Shown: positions 44,034 through 59,335 of the stretch, piece by piece
Position numbering within the stretch: position 1 is the first letter of the stretch
How the letters are laid out: each line of letters opens with the position of its first letter
NCBI GenBank assembly: GCA_964016885.1
Contig: OZ024743.1
Location: 34,038,001 to 34,102,000, forward strand
DNA: 64,000 nucleotides
Source: Eledone cirrhosa
Lineage: Eukaryota
Direction: 5' to 3'
Notes under the pieces: model-generated
The model's input: the letters and a program-made list of their open reading frames with translations, nothing else
Database searches by the model: none
What the model was told of the DNA's origin: nothing
Translations under genes and position numbers: made by a program

Positions 44034-45100
44034 GTGTAGCTGGCCTCTGGGTTAGCGCTGTGTGTGTGTGTATGTGTGTAGCTGGCCTCTGGGTTAGCGC
44101 TGTGTGTGTGTGTATGTGTGTAGCTGGCCTCTGGGTTAGCGCTGTGTGTGTGTGTATGTGTGTAGCTGGCCTCTGGGTTAGCGCTGTGTGTGTGTGTATG
44201 TGTGTAGCTGGCCTCTGGGTTAGCGCTGTGTGTGTGTGTATGTGTGTAGCTGGCCTCTGGGTTAGCGCTGTGTGTGTGTGTATGTGTGTAGCTGGCCTCT
44301 GGGTTAGCGCTGTGTGTGTGTGTATGTGTGTAGCTGGCCTCTGGGTTAGCGCTGTGTGTGTGTGTATGTGTGTAGCTGGCCTCTGGGTTAGCGCTGTGTG
44401 TGTGTGTATGTGTGTAGCTGGCCTCTGGGTTAGCGCTGTGTGTGTGTGTATGTGTGTAGCTGGCCTCTGGGTTAGCGCTGTGTGTGTGTGTATGTGTGTA
44501 GCTGGCCTCTGGGTTAGCGCTGTGTGTGTGTATGTGTGTAGTTGGCCTCTGGGTTAGCGCTGTGTGTGTGTATGTGTGTAGTTGGCCTCTGGGTTAGCGC
44601 TGTGTGTGTGTATGTGTGTAGTTGGCCTCTGGGTTAGCGCTGTGTGTGTGTGTATGTGTGTAGCTGGCCTCTGGGTTAGCGCTGTGTGTGTGTGTATGTG
44701 TGTAGCTGGCCTCTGGGTTAGCGCTGTGTGTGTGTGTATGTGTGTAGTTGGCCTCTGGGTTAGCGCTGTGTGTGTGTGTATGTGTGTAGCTGGCCTCTGG
44801 GTTAGCGCTGTGTGTGTGTGTATGTGTGTAGCTGGCCTCTGGGTTAGCGCTGTGTGTGTGTGTATGTGTGTAGTTGGCCTCTGGGTTAGCGCTGTGTGTG
44901 TGTGTATGTGTGTAGCTGGCCTCTGGGTTAGCGCTGTGTGTGTGTGTATGTGTGTAGCTGGCCTCTGGGTTAGCGCTGTGTGTGTGTATGTGTGTAGTTG
45001 GCCTCTGGGTTAGCGCTGTGTGTGTGTATGTGTGTAGTTGGCCTCTGGGTTAGCGCTGTGTGTGTGTGTATGTGTGTAGCTGGCCTCTGGGTTAGCGCTG
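44034..45100. repeat. 40-42-bp homogeneous minisatellite AGCTGGCCTCTGGGTTAGCGCT+(GT)n
   Basis: About 25 units, varying only in GT length and one C/T. Confidence 0.95.
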
Positions 45101-45235
45101 GAACTGGGTACAAATAGAAAGTTTTAAAGTTCTTTCCATCATTGGAACAAGGTGTCATTTTTCGTTCATTTCTTTGTCAAGTTTTTGTTTCTTTATGGAA
45201 GAGTGTGTGTGATATACAAAGAGAGAGAGAGGGAA

Positions 45236-45332
<97 letters not shown>

Positions 45333-45909
45333 TTGAATTTTCTTGTAGCATTTATATCCCAATCAATTTCTGTTTAGGCGGGTAGGTCTTCTCTGAAGAT
45401 CTGCTGTTCAACATTCCTGAGAGCTTCTTACCATTATCTTTAATCGATATAATCGATAGGGAGATCTTCTATTTGAAATTCTTAGATTATTTCCAGCTTT
45501 ATCCTGCTGTGGTCCTGAATTTCGTTTTTAGGGTTTCTTTTTCCTACATCTTCCTCTCCATATTTCTTTTCATTTGTATATTTGGTCGTGTTGTCCTGAA
45601 TTTCGTTTTGTTGCTTAACACTCTCTATGTCTTTTAGAGTTGTGCTTTGTTGTTTGTTTTACCTGTTTGGGTTATGTTGGTTTTATTTTCATGTTTTAAA
45701 TTCTAAGTATGTTTATGTCTGTTAATTGTTTTCTGTTTGTTATTTGTGTTTTCGCTGTGTTTTTTAATATGTATCCCCATAAATTTGAAAGTTTCTTGGT
45801 CGAACTTAAATTCTGTGTGAGTTGATTATTCGCCGATATTATATGTGTGCTGTGTTTTTATAATCATTATTATTGTTTTTATTATTATTGTCATTATTCT
45901 TATCATTAT

Positions 45910-46360
45910 TTGGCAGAATCGGTAGAGCTTCGGACAACATGCTTAGCGACATAGAGTTATGGCCCTTTACGTTCTGAGTTCAAATCCCGCCGAGGTTAGC
46001 TTTGCCTTTTATCCTTACGGGGTCGATAAAATAAAGTACCAGTCACGCACTGGGGGCGATTTAATCGACTCCTCCCCCCCAAAAAATTGCTGGCCTTGTG
46101 CCTATATAAGAAATCATTATTAAAGTACCAGTAATGCACTGGGTAATTGCTGGCCTTGTGCCAAAAGTAGAAACAATTATTATTATTATTGTCGATTGGC
46201 AGTATCGGTAGAGAGTCAGACGACATGCTTTGAAGCATAGAGTTACGTCCCTTTATGATCTGAGTTCAAATCTCGCCGAGGTTAACTTTGCCTTTCAACT
46301 TTACGGGGTCGATAAAATAAAGTACCATTAATGTAGCCAAAAGTAGAAACAATTATTATT
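45910..46360 (+). mobile_element. Nested/tandem major-family SINE cluster
   Basis: Two heads and three tails, joined at ATT-rich tails. Confidence 0.8.
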
Positions 46361-46374
46361 GGTGTTGTTGTTGT

Positions 46375-47090
46375 TCTTATAATGTTTGCAATTAATATTA
46401 AGAACAAAGTTGCTTTATATTCTGTTTACCTTGTTTTGTGTGGAATTCTATACAGAAGAGTTGTGCCATTGACTAATATATTCATACCATTTCATTTCTT
46501 GCATGTAATGTGTTGCAATAGCTCCTTGGTGAAAGTGTATGTTTAACCGACTAGAAAGTATAATGCTTGTGTGACCGATCTAACAAACCTGATAATGAGG
46601 TTCACAAATTTCCTGTTTGCAATGAAGTTAATATATCACATTGGTGATTGGCAGTACGTTCAGCGGTTGACCATATTAGGGTTGCGTGTTAATGAGGAGG
46701 CTTCTTATTTTGGCATGTTTGTAGAGTTTCTGATTAGGATCGATGAATGTTTTGTTTTATGATGTGTTCCTCGATTCTATAACCAGGGTACATTTGGTGC
46801 TTGTAGTATACAAAATGTGTGGTCTGTGTATTTTTCCTGGTCCCACTTCTGTTCTATCAGTGTGACTAAATTTCATCATATATTGTTCTATGGCATGGTG
46901 AACTAATATGTTGGGATACCCATTGTTAACTAGTGTTTGGTTTACACGTGAGATTTGTTTGTTTAAATCATCCTTAGTAGATGAGAATTCAAAATATCGT
47001 CTAATGAGGGGTTTAACAGATATTTTGTATGTGTTGGGGCTCTCACTATATGCGTGTATATAGGTCCCTGTTTATTTAGTGTACACAAAT
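46375..47090 (-). mobile_element. Degraded Penelope-like element (RT C-terminus + GIY-YIG region)
   Basis: Broken minus-strand peptides YIHAYSESPNTYKISV, QISRVNQTLVNNGYP, TNVIY*LHC and LSSRLNIHFHQGAIATH occur in PLE order. Confidence 0.65.
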
Positions 47091-47439
47091 CTGCTATATT
47101 TGCTATTGCCGACTCCAACGTTTGTGTCCAATAATGGGATGGTATCCACGGTTGAAACAACCCAAGTACAACACTTCCGATAAGACTTGTACCAATTTTT
47201 AAATAAAACGTTTTTTAATCGATATTGGATATACTCCAACCAATATTCCAGGATCGTGCAGTGTCATAAATCGCGAATAATTATAAGGCAAATTTTCGTT
47301 CGTGACGGGAGAATAATATAAACTTCTAACAACGGCACATTTGATTTTGTGGTTTATTTAATTCAATTCTTATGACGCTAGTAATTAATTAAAAAAATTA
47401 AGCGACGAATACGCAAGTCGGGCCTGAGAGGAACGTTAA

Positions 47440-47860
47440 AAAGAAAAGCTCAAGAAATCAACCTAAATTGCTGTGTACTAGGTAGTAGCCGTGCCCATCC
47501 TCACCTATTGGAATAAGACATGGACGATTCATTGAAGGCACCGCATACAGCTTTTACTCACTTTCATTTAAAAACACTAGGCCAGATAATCAAATTTGGC
47601 TAACAAGACAGATCATCGAACCTAGAAGTCCCCGAACGTACCGTAATTGCCAACATCGAAAAATAATCCACGTCAAATCAAAGTTACGCTAGATGGAACC
47701 TATTGTCAAGATAACAGAGAACAGACTGTCCAAAGCCATGGGCTACCACGAGCTTATATAGTGGGCAGGAGTGCATGACGGACAGAAAAGCGATTCAAGA
47801 ATCATCTTCAACAGACCCTGAAATATGGAAAAAATTGAATTGTCCAGCTAGGAAATTGCA
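47440..47860 (+). mobile_element. Old RTE LINE fragment (post-RT region)
   Basis: Degenerate IAVY..VPILTY, SNLEV, ENRLSKAM.YHEL and KRFKNHLQQTLK parallel the younger RTE at 12500-12860. Confidence 0.6.
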
Positions 47861-49937
47861 TCAAAGGAGTTTTTCCGTTCAGCATCTCCCTTAGCTGTCT
47901 CAACTTCACACAGACCAGGTTGCTGCAAACAGAGACAGCAAAGTTCTCTTAGTCGATCTTTTTCTTTCAACTATTCCTTATTCATTATGTCCCCTTGCAG
48001 ACACTTTCGATCTTCCCCCAGTAATTTTAATGATTGTCATAACGGTTACAGAAAAAAAAAGAACATTAAATAATATTATAAACTCAAAATATATTTCTAA
48101 GGGGCGAAAATGTAGATATATCAAAATTGAATGATTTCCAAGTAATAATCTAGCTGATTAAATTTTTTTTTACGTGGTTTTAATAAATCGAATGAAGGGG
48201 CATGCTGGCACAAGACGTGTGTGATAGTAAACATTTACACAAACTTTAATTCTTGTACGACGTTAAAATGTTTAATTATTTTAAGGACAAGCAATTCATT
48301 CATACTCCCAGCATTTGAATAGCCGGTAGTAAAAATCAAAAAAATCGAGATACTAATTGAAACTTTATAAAACGGTTGAAATGGCAAAAAAATCATTATG
48401 TAATGGATTGTGAAACAAACCATACTCCAAACAACACTAAACACATTTTAAGTAACAACATTTTAAAACTTCATAAATATATTCTCCACTGATGAGAATT
48501 TCACAACCACACCATTTAAACATGTGTTGATTAGCTGCCTCGGCTTATGAATGGGATCTAGATTTTTACTCCTTTCTCAAGCATAAAATAGGGGATAGAC
48601 TTATATTCGGATTGGATCATGTCACATAAAATTCTATGTGCACATGTTATAGCTTAATTTTTATAAATTATTTTTTTGTCTCTTACTGGCCCCGGGTGGG
48701 CCAGCAGTATCGTTGGTAGGGGTCGAAACTGCCAAGTCCACCTCAATGGCCAATGACCCTGGAGTTCTGTGACCTTCGTTCGTATTGGATAATGTAGTCT
48801 AAGATAAACGAGATGTGACTAGAATGCCTTTCATTATAAATACTAGCAGAAAAACCACCTTTCGGGTGGTTTTCTGCTAGCATGTGTAGTGTGTATATTG
48901 ATATTTTACGCAAGTATATATACATGTAGATATGATACATAAATAAAATCGCCACCGGAAGTGTTGACATCACACACTCTCTCTTTCTATATATATGTGG
49001 TAGTTGAAGTGGTGGTGGTTGTGGTGGGAACGATCTACCGGAAGTGCAACTTTGAAAAGAAGTCAATTTTAAATTATTTATTTTTACGAAATTATTTTTG
49101 TTTACGAAATTTAGTAGATAAATTATGTAATATTCATTCATTATTTATTCAAAGTAATCCAACTTATTTTATTAACGGGATAAAAAAAAAACACTACGCA
49201 GTCCCGCAGACCTTCTTTTATTATAGTTTAGATGTTCGAATTTGAATTCAGAACATAAAAAGGCGTATATATTTAACATTTGGCATTTGGTCCACCGTTC
49301 TACCGATTCTGCCACCCAGCTAACCAGCCAACCAGCCACCCAACCAATAAACTGCCGTAACTAATTATACCACCCTTTGTAACATATAGTAAGACACAAC
49401 AATACATCTTCATAACATTACATATTTTCACAGCAGGACACAACCACAAAGATACAGAGCATTTCATACCAACAAACAACATATTTAATAAACAAACAAC
49501 TATGCATAGTAACGAAAACTTTTCACATGAACATAGAAACATGATACATACGTACATAGTAGTATACATATACATACACACATTTCAATGCAGGGACCTA
49601 CATAATAAAACTGTCACGCACATAAATGCACTGACATATATAAAACAATAGTCGTATTTTGCCACAACACCTTCATATACATGCACATACTGATATATAC
49701 ACACATGGCCCAACCGAAAACAGAGACAGAATGGTATAAACAAAAGCACATGCATAGCAACATAGCCACACACAGGAAGAAAGTCATATATGCGTAGCAA
49801 CAAAGCAGCCAACGATATTATATTGTAACACAGCAGCGAACATAATACTTCGTTTAAGGCAGCGAGTTGGTACAGTCATTAAAACATCTGGCAGTATTTC
49901 TTCCGGTTATCTGCGCTCTGAGTTCAAATCCTTCTGA

Positions 49938-49995
<58 letters not shown>

Positions 49996-50236
49996 CCTCT
50001 CTCTCCCAATCTGGATGAAATTGCCTCTGTTCAGATCTGGAGAACGACTGACCCCCACCGGGTTTAAAATGCCGAAAACACGCAGTGTGTCTCGACGGCC
50101 CGACTATGACTAGATCAGGAGTTGAGCCCCCAACCCCCACCCTTACACACACACACTCACACACACTACATAAATGTAGTGACAAAGTTGTACTATTAGC
50201 AACACAATCATACTTATTGTAGCATGACTATATAGA

Positions 50237-50405
50237 TAATTGTTTCTACTTTTGGCACAAGACCAGCAATTACTGGTACTTTATTTATCGACCCCGTAAG
50301 GTTGAAGGGCAAAGTTTACCTCGGCGGGATTTGAACTCAAACCATAAAGGGGCGTAACTCTTTGCTGCAAAGCATGGCGTTCGACCTTCTACCGATACTG
50401 CCAAT
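50237..50405 (-). mobile_element. Major-family SINE
   Basis: Same core and head as the other copies. Confidence 0.8.
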
Positions 50406-50464
50406 CTCCTAACATTGATACATGTGTAGAAATAGCCATACGTATAACAAACAAGTCAGTTAAT

Positions 50465-51025
50465 TACATAGCGACATGATGATAAGCATAGCAACACGGC
50501 CATCTTCCTAGCAACATTGTTAGACACATAGCAGCATTATGACAAGCATAACAACACAGCCATCTTCCTAGCAACATTGTTAGACACATAGCAACATTAT
50601 GACAAGCATAACAACACAGCCATCTTCCTAGCAACATTGTTAGACACATAGCAACATCATGACAAACATAACACATTTATCTTGATAGTGACGCTGTAAA
50701 ACACATAGCAACACAATGCTATGCATAATAACACAGTAGCTATCTTCATAGCAACACGGTGCTATGTATAATAACACAGTAACTATCTTCATAGCAACAC
50801 AGTGCTATGCACAATAACACAGAAGCTATCTTCATAGCAACACAGTGCTATGCATAATAACACAGTAGCTATCTTCATAGCAACACGGTGCTATGTATAA
50901 TAACACAGTAACTATCTTCATAGCAACATAGTGCTATGCATAATAACACAGTAGCTATCTCCATAGCAACACGATGCTATGCACACTAACACATTAGCTA
51001 TCTTCATAGCAACACGGTGCCGTAA
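50465..51025. repeat. Adjacent related 60-bp (x3) and 39-bp (x~8) tandem repeats
   Basis: Both units share ATCTTC(C/A)TAGCAACA. Confidence 0.85.
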
Positions 51026-51317
51026 CAAGCATCACAACACAGCTATAGAAACAGTCACAAACTAGCAACACCAGCACATATATAGCAATACTACCAACCA
51101 TACTACAGTAATACCATACCCAAGTCGAACTAACAAGAAAGCTTCTACGTCAGTGATTTCCAGAGATATTTTCTCGTGGAACACTTCAGGATTTTCCACA
51201 AATCACGAAACCTATAGCTATATTTTATAAACAAACCCCACCATCTTAATTTTAATAATGCATTAAAGAAAACAAATTTTTTTTTAGAAAAAGAATTTAT
51301 TTAAATATATATATATT

Positions 51318-51509
51318 TACAGTGAAATTCCGTTATAACGAAATTGACGGGGTATAAAAAAAATTCGTTGTAACGAAACATTCTTTATAACGAGATCCTC
51401 CGAAACAAATCGAGCGTTTGTTTGTTATTAGCTCGGGGATTGAAAAAAATTTCGTTATACTGAAAAATTCGTTATAATGGTATTCATTATAACGGAATTT
51501 TACCTGTAT
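51318..51509. mobile_element. pogo/Tigger-type MITE
   Basis: TA-flanked TIRs CAGTGAAATTCCGTTATAA / TTATAACGGAATTTTACCTG, with internal TTCGTTATA repeats. Confidence 0.7.
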
Positions 51510-51582
51510 ATATATATATATATATATACAGGTAAAATTCCGTTTTATATATATATATATATATATACAGGTAAAATTCCGT

Positions 51583-51621
<39 letters not shown>

Positions 51622-51745
51622 AAAAATTGAACAGGGACAGAACAGAGAGGCAGTACGACAAATGTTTATTAGATTCACGCTCAGGAGAGTGGGGGGTAGG
51701 TGGAGGACGACGTTTCGGGCATAAGCCCTTCTTCAGGTGAGAGTT
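51622..51745 (-). mobile_element. Penelope pLTR-like repeat with hammerhead core (family D)
   Basis: Minus strand: CUGAAGA-AGGGC(UUAU)GCCC-GAAACGUC. Related pieces lie at 56326-56390, 57290-57416 and 58208-58288. Confidence 0.65.
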
Positions 51746-52341
51746 CAAAAGGCGTGTAGGGGAGTGGTGGAGAGACATATAGCGAAAGGAAACGGTGCGA
51801 ATGAAAAATTAACAAATAAAGACAAAAATATAATAAATAATAAATAAAAATAAAGCATGATCAAAATACAAGGAATGAGAACATTTAAAAATAAAGGCAT
51901 GATCAAAATAAACTGAAATTAAAAGGGGGGTAAACAGGTGGTGGAAGGGTGTGGGGTGAGTAGAGGTGGAGGCGGGTGGAGTGGGGAGAGGGAGACGGGG
52001 TGTCCGAGCGGGGAGGGCTGAAGGTGGTGTGTGTGGTTAGGTGTGCGTGTGTGTGTGTGTGTGTGTATGTGAAAGTGAGGGTTGGGGGAAGAACGGGGTT
52101 GCATGTTCAGGAAGGTGTGTGTGGGGGGTGTTATGTGTGTCGGAGGGTCTGTGCGTGTGTGGATAGGGGGTGGGGGTGGGGGGGGGAGGAATCAGGGGGC
52201 TGAGGGTGTAAATATGTGGTGGGAAGCACGTGTGTGTGGTTTAAGCGTGTTGTGGGTGTGTATTCTAATAAAATTGTTGTGGGTGTGTATTCTAATTGTG
52301 TGTATTCTAATAAAATTCACCAAATATATCTATTGTATGTG

Positions 52342-52378
<37 letters not shown>

Positions 52379-53043
52379 ATACAATAGATATATTTGCTGA
52401 ATTTTATTAGAATACATTTAAGATCCAGGAATCCCCCTGGAAAACACTTGATCTACGTATCGCCGAACCAGATAGAAACAGTAGCTACACCTCCCTCAAT
52501 ACCATACTCTTTTAAAGAGTACATTTGATAATCTATTAAGGGATATACTATACCTATAAAACTGCGGCGGGGTGAATGACCTTAAATCAGCAGTAACTTG
52601 ATCAGGGCCAATTTAAGGCCAAATACTAACAACCACATACATTTAACATATCACAAAACACTTTTCATAAGCTTTGCGTACACACACACACACACACACA
52701 CACACATGCTGCCAGCTTACATAGATCAACAGCCAGCACACTTTAAGTTACGCATCAACACACACAGATACAGGTGTGTGCATATGTGTGTGTGTGTCTG
52801 TGTATACATATATATATATATATGTACACACAGACACGCACACACACACGTGTATCTGTGTGTGTTTATATATATATATATACACACACCCATACACATA
52901 TATATATATATGTATATAAACTGTAAACAGAAATAACAACACAATCGGTACAGTATATGAAAAGAATATATTAGTTTAACGCTTGAAATGAGTAGGATAT
53001 ACATACGTACATTGATACAAAGATGCATACGAACACACACATG

Positions 53044-53080
<37 letters not shown>

Positions 53081-53258
53081 ACAGACACACACAGACAGAC
53101 ATATATATATATATATATATATAAACACACACACACACAGACATATACATATATATCTAAACACACACACACAGACACACACACACATATATATATATAA
53201 ATACACACAGACACACACACACATATATATATATAAACACACAGACACACAGAAACAC

Positions 53259-53289
<31 letters not shown>

Positions 53290-53322
53290 GAGACATATAT
53301 ATGTATATATATATATATATAA

Positions 53323-53392
<70 letters not shown>

Positions 53393-53428
53393 ACACACAC
53401 TCACAGACACACACATATATATATATAT

Positions 53429-53501
<73 letters not shown>

Positions 53502-53631
53502 GAAGTTATATTTAATTTGTTGGGATACAACAAGCAAAATATTTTTATAACTGATATAAAGCACTCAACCAATTATTTGAGTAAATATACAATATATTAA
53601 CAAATGGAAACTATATTTATAAAACCATATA

Positions 53632-53697
53632 TATTTTATCTGATGAAAGCGCACCATAGTTTGCTCTCGTGGCCCTTGAAATATGTATAATGAACTA
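53632..53697 (+). ncRNA. Type I hammerhead ribozyme (family A) at the tip of a long hairpin
   Basis: UAUUUUAU-CUGAUGA-AAGCGCACCA...UGGCCCUU-GAAA-UAUGUAUA-AUGAACUA, flanked by inverted arms at 53588-53630 and 53699-53741. Confidence 0.65.
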
Positions 53698-53735
53698 AAT
53701 ATGGTTTTATAAATATAGTTTCCATTTGTTAATAT

Positions 53736-53811
<76 letters not shown>

Positions 53812-53843
53812 TATATATATATATACACGCACAAGCACAGACG

Positions 53844-53875
<32 letters not shown>

Positions 53876-54257
53876 CACGCACAAGCACAGACGCACACAC
53901 ACACACATATATATATAAACATACACACACACACACTTGTCAACGCACCGAAATAGTGTCAGACAGAAGAAAGTTATATAGTGGTATCACCACCTGTCTT
54001 TCATAAATACACTCCGCCATTCGTTAGAAAGTCACGCAAAAAATATAGGCAGACAGAAGCAGACTTGCACACTTACACGTGTTTAGACCCACGCATACAC
54101 TCACACACATAAACATACAGATTGTCATATAGCACACGCTCACAATAGATATACATGTAACAGTATTTACACAGATATAACCATATACATGCAATCGTAC
54201 ATTAGCAATACACGCAAAGAAGCATATATAGATAAACATATATAAACATAACCAGGC

Positions 54258-54497
<240 letters not shown>

Positions 54498-54499
54498 TC

Positions 54500-54652
54500 T
54501 TAAGTCTGTCTTAAGCCAGAAGGCTCATTTGGCCGGTGCTTATCCTGATTGCGTGGCGTGAAGCAGCTGAGAGTATAAGACTCCCCCCTGGACAGGACGT
54601 CAGTCCATCGCAGGGTTAAACCCCAACTATTGCTGGTACTCATTTTCAGCTG
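54500..54652 (-). mobile_element. SINE 3' half with V-domain-like motif
   Basis: Minus strand CCCTGCGATGGACTGACGTCCTGTCCAGGG resembles the V-SINE domain (from memory). Confidence 0.5.
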
Positions 54653-54739
54653 TGTATATATGAAAAGGTTTAAAACCCCGACGGCTGAGCTCCGGCCGTT
54701 TCGACAGCTAGATTCAATGTATATATATATATATACACA

Positions 54740-54774
<35 letters not shown>

Positions 54775-55164
54775 CCACACTTACATACCGTGACAGGCGC
54801 ATACGTTCATGTAAACAAAGGCAGTAGCCGTATATATACACTCGTATATAGAATTATACACACGCTTAAATATGATCTTCAGAATTACACTCACACAAAG
54901 ATACGTTGGTTACAAAGTCAATGAGAGACCCTCGATGTGGTTGCTCGTCCTGCTAAAAATAGCAGCCAAATCTCTGTAAAATCACGCACTATCGACACGT
55001 TATATAATATGGTGCTCGGTTCACTATAAATAGGATGATGATGATGCTCTGGCCAGGGGTTAAACAGCGGCAACAACCTTATCTAGATAGACAGCCAGGC
55101 AGCCAGACACCCAGGCAGGCACACTCTCTCGCGTACTTACACATTCACACACATACAGACACAC

Positions 55165-55210
<46 letters not shown>

Positions 55211-55415
55211 TTGTCGATCGAATTTCGTCAAATCGGACCGAGGAAACGATGTTTCCGCTGGTTTTTCCAATAGCTAATACTGTCTATTGGTCGCAACTCC
55301 AGGTAGACGGAGCAACGTGAAATAAAGTGTCTTGCCGAAGGACATAACGCATCGCCTGGTCCAGGAATCGAACTGACATCCTCACGATTGCGAATCCAGT
55401 TCTTTAACCAATCAC

Positions 55416-55498
<83 letters not shown>

Positions 55499-55682
55499 GA
55501 TCAGAGCAAACATCACGGACGCTCTCTCTCAAAATTATTTTTGAAAAGCATTAGAAATGCGCAACCGGTAAAACTTAAAACCAAAACTGAATACTAACCA
55601 ATACTATTACTAATTCTCACTTATTCCTAATGAAACTATTTTTCACTGTGAACAATTTGTCAGCATTTTCTATTCCGTTTAC

Positions 55683-55716
<34 letters not shown>

Positions 55717-55956
55717 CAACAAAGCTGAAATTTGAAGTCACACACTTTTTTTCTTCGGAACATAAACTTTACACTTTCCTTACATGTATTCAGAGATCAT
55801 TCAGTTATGAATGACTTCGATACATTAGTATTTTAATTTCACACACAAATACATATATACACACACACATACATACATTTATTCATCCGTCCATCCATCC
55901 ATCCATCCATGCATACATATATATATTTATACATACATATGTACACATACACAGAC

Positions 55957-56009
<53 letters not shown>

Positions 56010-56172
56010 TGCCAATTCAATATAGAAATAACTTGTATAGTATTAGAACTGTCCCATTCGCTGGAAACCACAAGGAAAGTCATTTCTTTATGAAATAATT
56101 TTGTTATCTTCTCCACGACTAAAGTATTTAATTGTGAGCTTTTCCCCCGCTCCTCTTCGGAAAAACCACTAT

Positions 56173-56326
<154 letters not shown>

Positions 56327-56383
56327 GTGAAACTAATAAACCTTTGTTCGTACTGCCTCTCTGTTTTGTTCCCGTTCCATTTT

Positions 56384-56426
<43 letters not shown>

Positions 56427-56550
56427 CCAAAGATTATTATGGTTCGTTGATTACTCAATGAATACAATTTTACAATAGATTAGAAGCACCAATACTCCCA
56501 ACACTGGAATTGAATAATCAAGACCGTAACGGTATGTCATATATCAAATC

Positions 56551-56622
56551 ATATATTTTGTCTGATGAGGACGTACTGAAAAAACAACACAGTACCTTTG
56601 AAATATATATAATAAAGTATAT
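56551..56622 (+). ncRNA. Type I hammerhead ribozyme (family A, diverged)
   Basis: AUAUAUUUUGU-CUGAUGA-GGACGUACUG...CAGUACCUUU-GAAA-UAUAUAUA-AUAAAGUAUAU. 11-bp stem I including two G-U pairs. Confidence 0.7.
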
Positions 56623-56808
56623 ATTTTGATTATGAGAATATTTTTCATTTGTTAATATTTTGAATAATATATTTATCTATATATATGTACATATAAATAT
56701 AAATATATATATATACACACATACATACACAGACACGCACACACATATATATATATATATATATGATATATGTACACACACACACACACACGCACACACA
56801 CTGATATG

Positions 56809-56839
<31 letters not shown>

Positions 56840-56863
56840 TGTGTGTATATATACATATATGTA

Positions 56864-56911
<48 letters not shown>

Positions 56912-57236
56912 CGTGTGACTATGTATGTATATATAAATATATATATGAGGAAGAGGGAGAGCGAGAGAGAGAGAGAGAAAGAGACTGGGTGAGATAGACG
57001 TAGCCAAACACCACCCATATATACATAGATTAGTGTCACAGACAGGGACAGTGAACACGCCCTGGGTCACTCTCCTCCTCCCCCCACTTCAATTTCCTTC
57101 AGCTGATAAGCGTGGCAATTCACCCCCTAATCTCTACCCTCCCTTACTAGAGTGTATCATTTCGCAGTCAACGCATATCTCTCCCACCTCACTATTACGC
57201 CGAAACATTTTATTTTATATGTTCTTTAGGAACACA

Positions 57237-57288
<52 letters not shown>

Positions 57289-57412
57289 TATGTTCCCACC
57301 CACTTTTCGCCTGAAGAAGGGCTTATGCCCGAAACGCCCCCCCCCCCCCCCCACTCTCAAGAGCGTGAAACCTCTCGTACTGCCTCTCTGTTTTGTTCCC
57401 GTTCCATTTTTC

Positions 57413-57450
<38 letters not shown>

Positions 57451-57486
57451 TAACTTTCTTTATATATATATATATGTGTGTGAGTG

Positions 57487-57540
<54 letters not shown>

Positions 57541-57576
57541 TAACTTTCTTTATATATATATATATGTGTGTGAGTG

Positions 57577-57615
<39 letters not shown>

Positions 57616-57866
57616 GTGTATATGTATTTATATATTTATATATATATATATATATATAAATACATATACACGTATATATATATGTGTGTTTCTGTATATA
57701 TATATATAAAAATACAGAAACACACACACTCACATACACACACACAAATATGTATATATACATATATGTATACATATATATATATACATATATATATATA
57801 TATTATATATATACACACACTCACTTACATACACACACACACATATATACATAAATACATATACAC

Positions 57867-57922
<56 letters not shown>

Positions 57923-57926
57923 TCAC

Positions 57927-57991
<65 letters not shown>

Positions 57992-58146
57992 TAGCCGTCG
58001 TGCAGTCCAGAAATAGCCGTCGAAACGGCTTGAGCTCTGCCGTCGGGGTCATTCTTTCTCCTATTACCTACTCTACTACCCTAAGTATTGAGTACTCTGC
58101 TGCGTTATGGTCCATCTGGTTCCTTACCACAACTGCTTCGTTATAT

Positions 58147-58195
<49 letters not shown>

Positions 58196-58284
58196 CATAT
58201 ATATATAGTGAAAACTTGGACGGGAACAAAAACAGAGAAGCAGTAGAAATAAAAGTTTATTAGGTTCACGTTCTTGAGAGTGGG

Positions 58285-58392
<108 letters not shown>

Positions 58393-59054
58393 CGTGAGTG
58401 TATTTTATGTATATATACATATCCATCAAATTTACCTTATCAATTTATTCATATATATATATATATATATATATATACGCTGTTTGTAGAGCTCACACTA
58501 CCCCCGCCCTGTGTGTGTGTGTGTGTATACATACATACAGAGAGAGGAAGCCACTATCACGGATAATGTTATCAAGCGGTTATTGTTATCTAAAAGGGTC
58601 CGTTCTAAGTAATCATAATAAACAGCTTCCACTACACGTATGTGCGTATATGTGTGTTGTGTCTACCTATGTGTGTTGTGTCTACCTATGTATGTATGTA
58701 TGGATGTATGTGTGTATGTGTGTATGTGTATATGTATGTATGTATATATGTATGTTTGTATGTATGCATGTATGTATGTATGTATGGATGTATGGATGTA
58801 TGTGTGTATGTGTATATGTATGTATGTATGTATGTATATATGTATGTTTGTATGCATGCATGTATGTATGTATGCATGCGTCTCATTCTTGCAACCCCAG
58901 TGTGAATGAAAGCAGTTAATACTTTTAAAATTAAATGTTCCCTTCTTCGCTCCTTGCTTTATTGTCATTTACCGCCATTTGTCAATACCACACACACTTT
59001 TACACTATGTGTCTTCTCTCTATATAATCCCTTCTGGCTCTCTATGTATGTGTT

Positions 59055-59335
59055 GACTGCTTATGGTAACATGTAACCCAGCACAATCTGTCTCATGGTC
59101 GGGTTGTTGGCGACTAAACCGGCAACTCCACCTAGCTAGCTTGGTGAGGAGGGTGATATTTGGACACCCAGCGGGATGAAATACAAGACCCGGCAAAGGG
59201 AAGAGGAACTCAACAGAGTCAATGGCTATCCAAATAGTATTTTTCCTTTTACCTTTTTTTTTTTCATCTGGAAGTGAAAGGCCCCTGCTTGTTGTTACAC
59301 ACCTTTCTAGGAGAGGGAAACTCTGGAAAAAAAAA
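59055..59335 (+). mobile_element. RTE-like 5' region, homologue of 21131-21740
   Basis: Shared motifs occur in the same order as in the 21-kb copy. Confidence 0.5.

Noticed and set aside
44034-45100. CRISPR-like repeat/spacer appearance
   Set aside because: The spacers are near-identical GT runs, the context is eukaryotic, and there are no cas genes.
50106-50125. TGACTAGATC match to the miR-279 5' end
   Set aside because: No complementary arm, and the rest of the sequence does not match.
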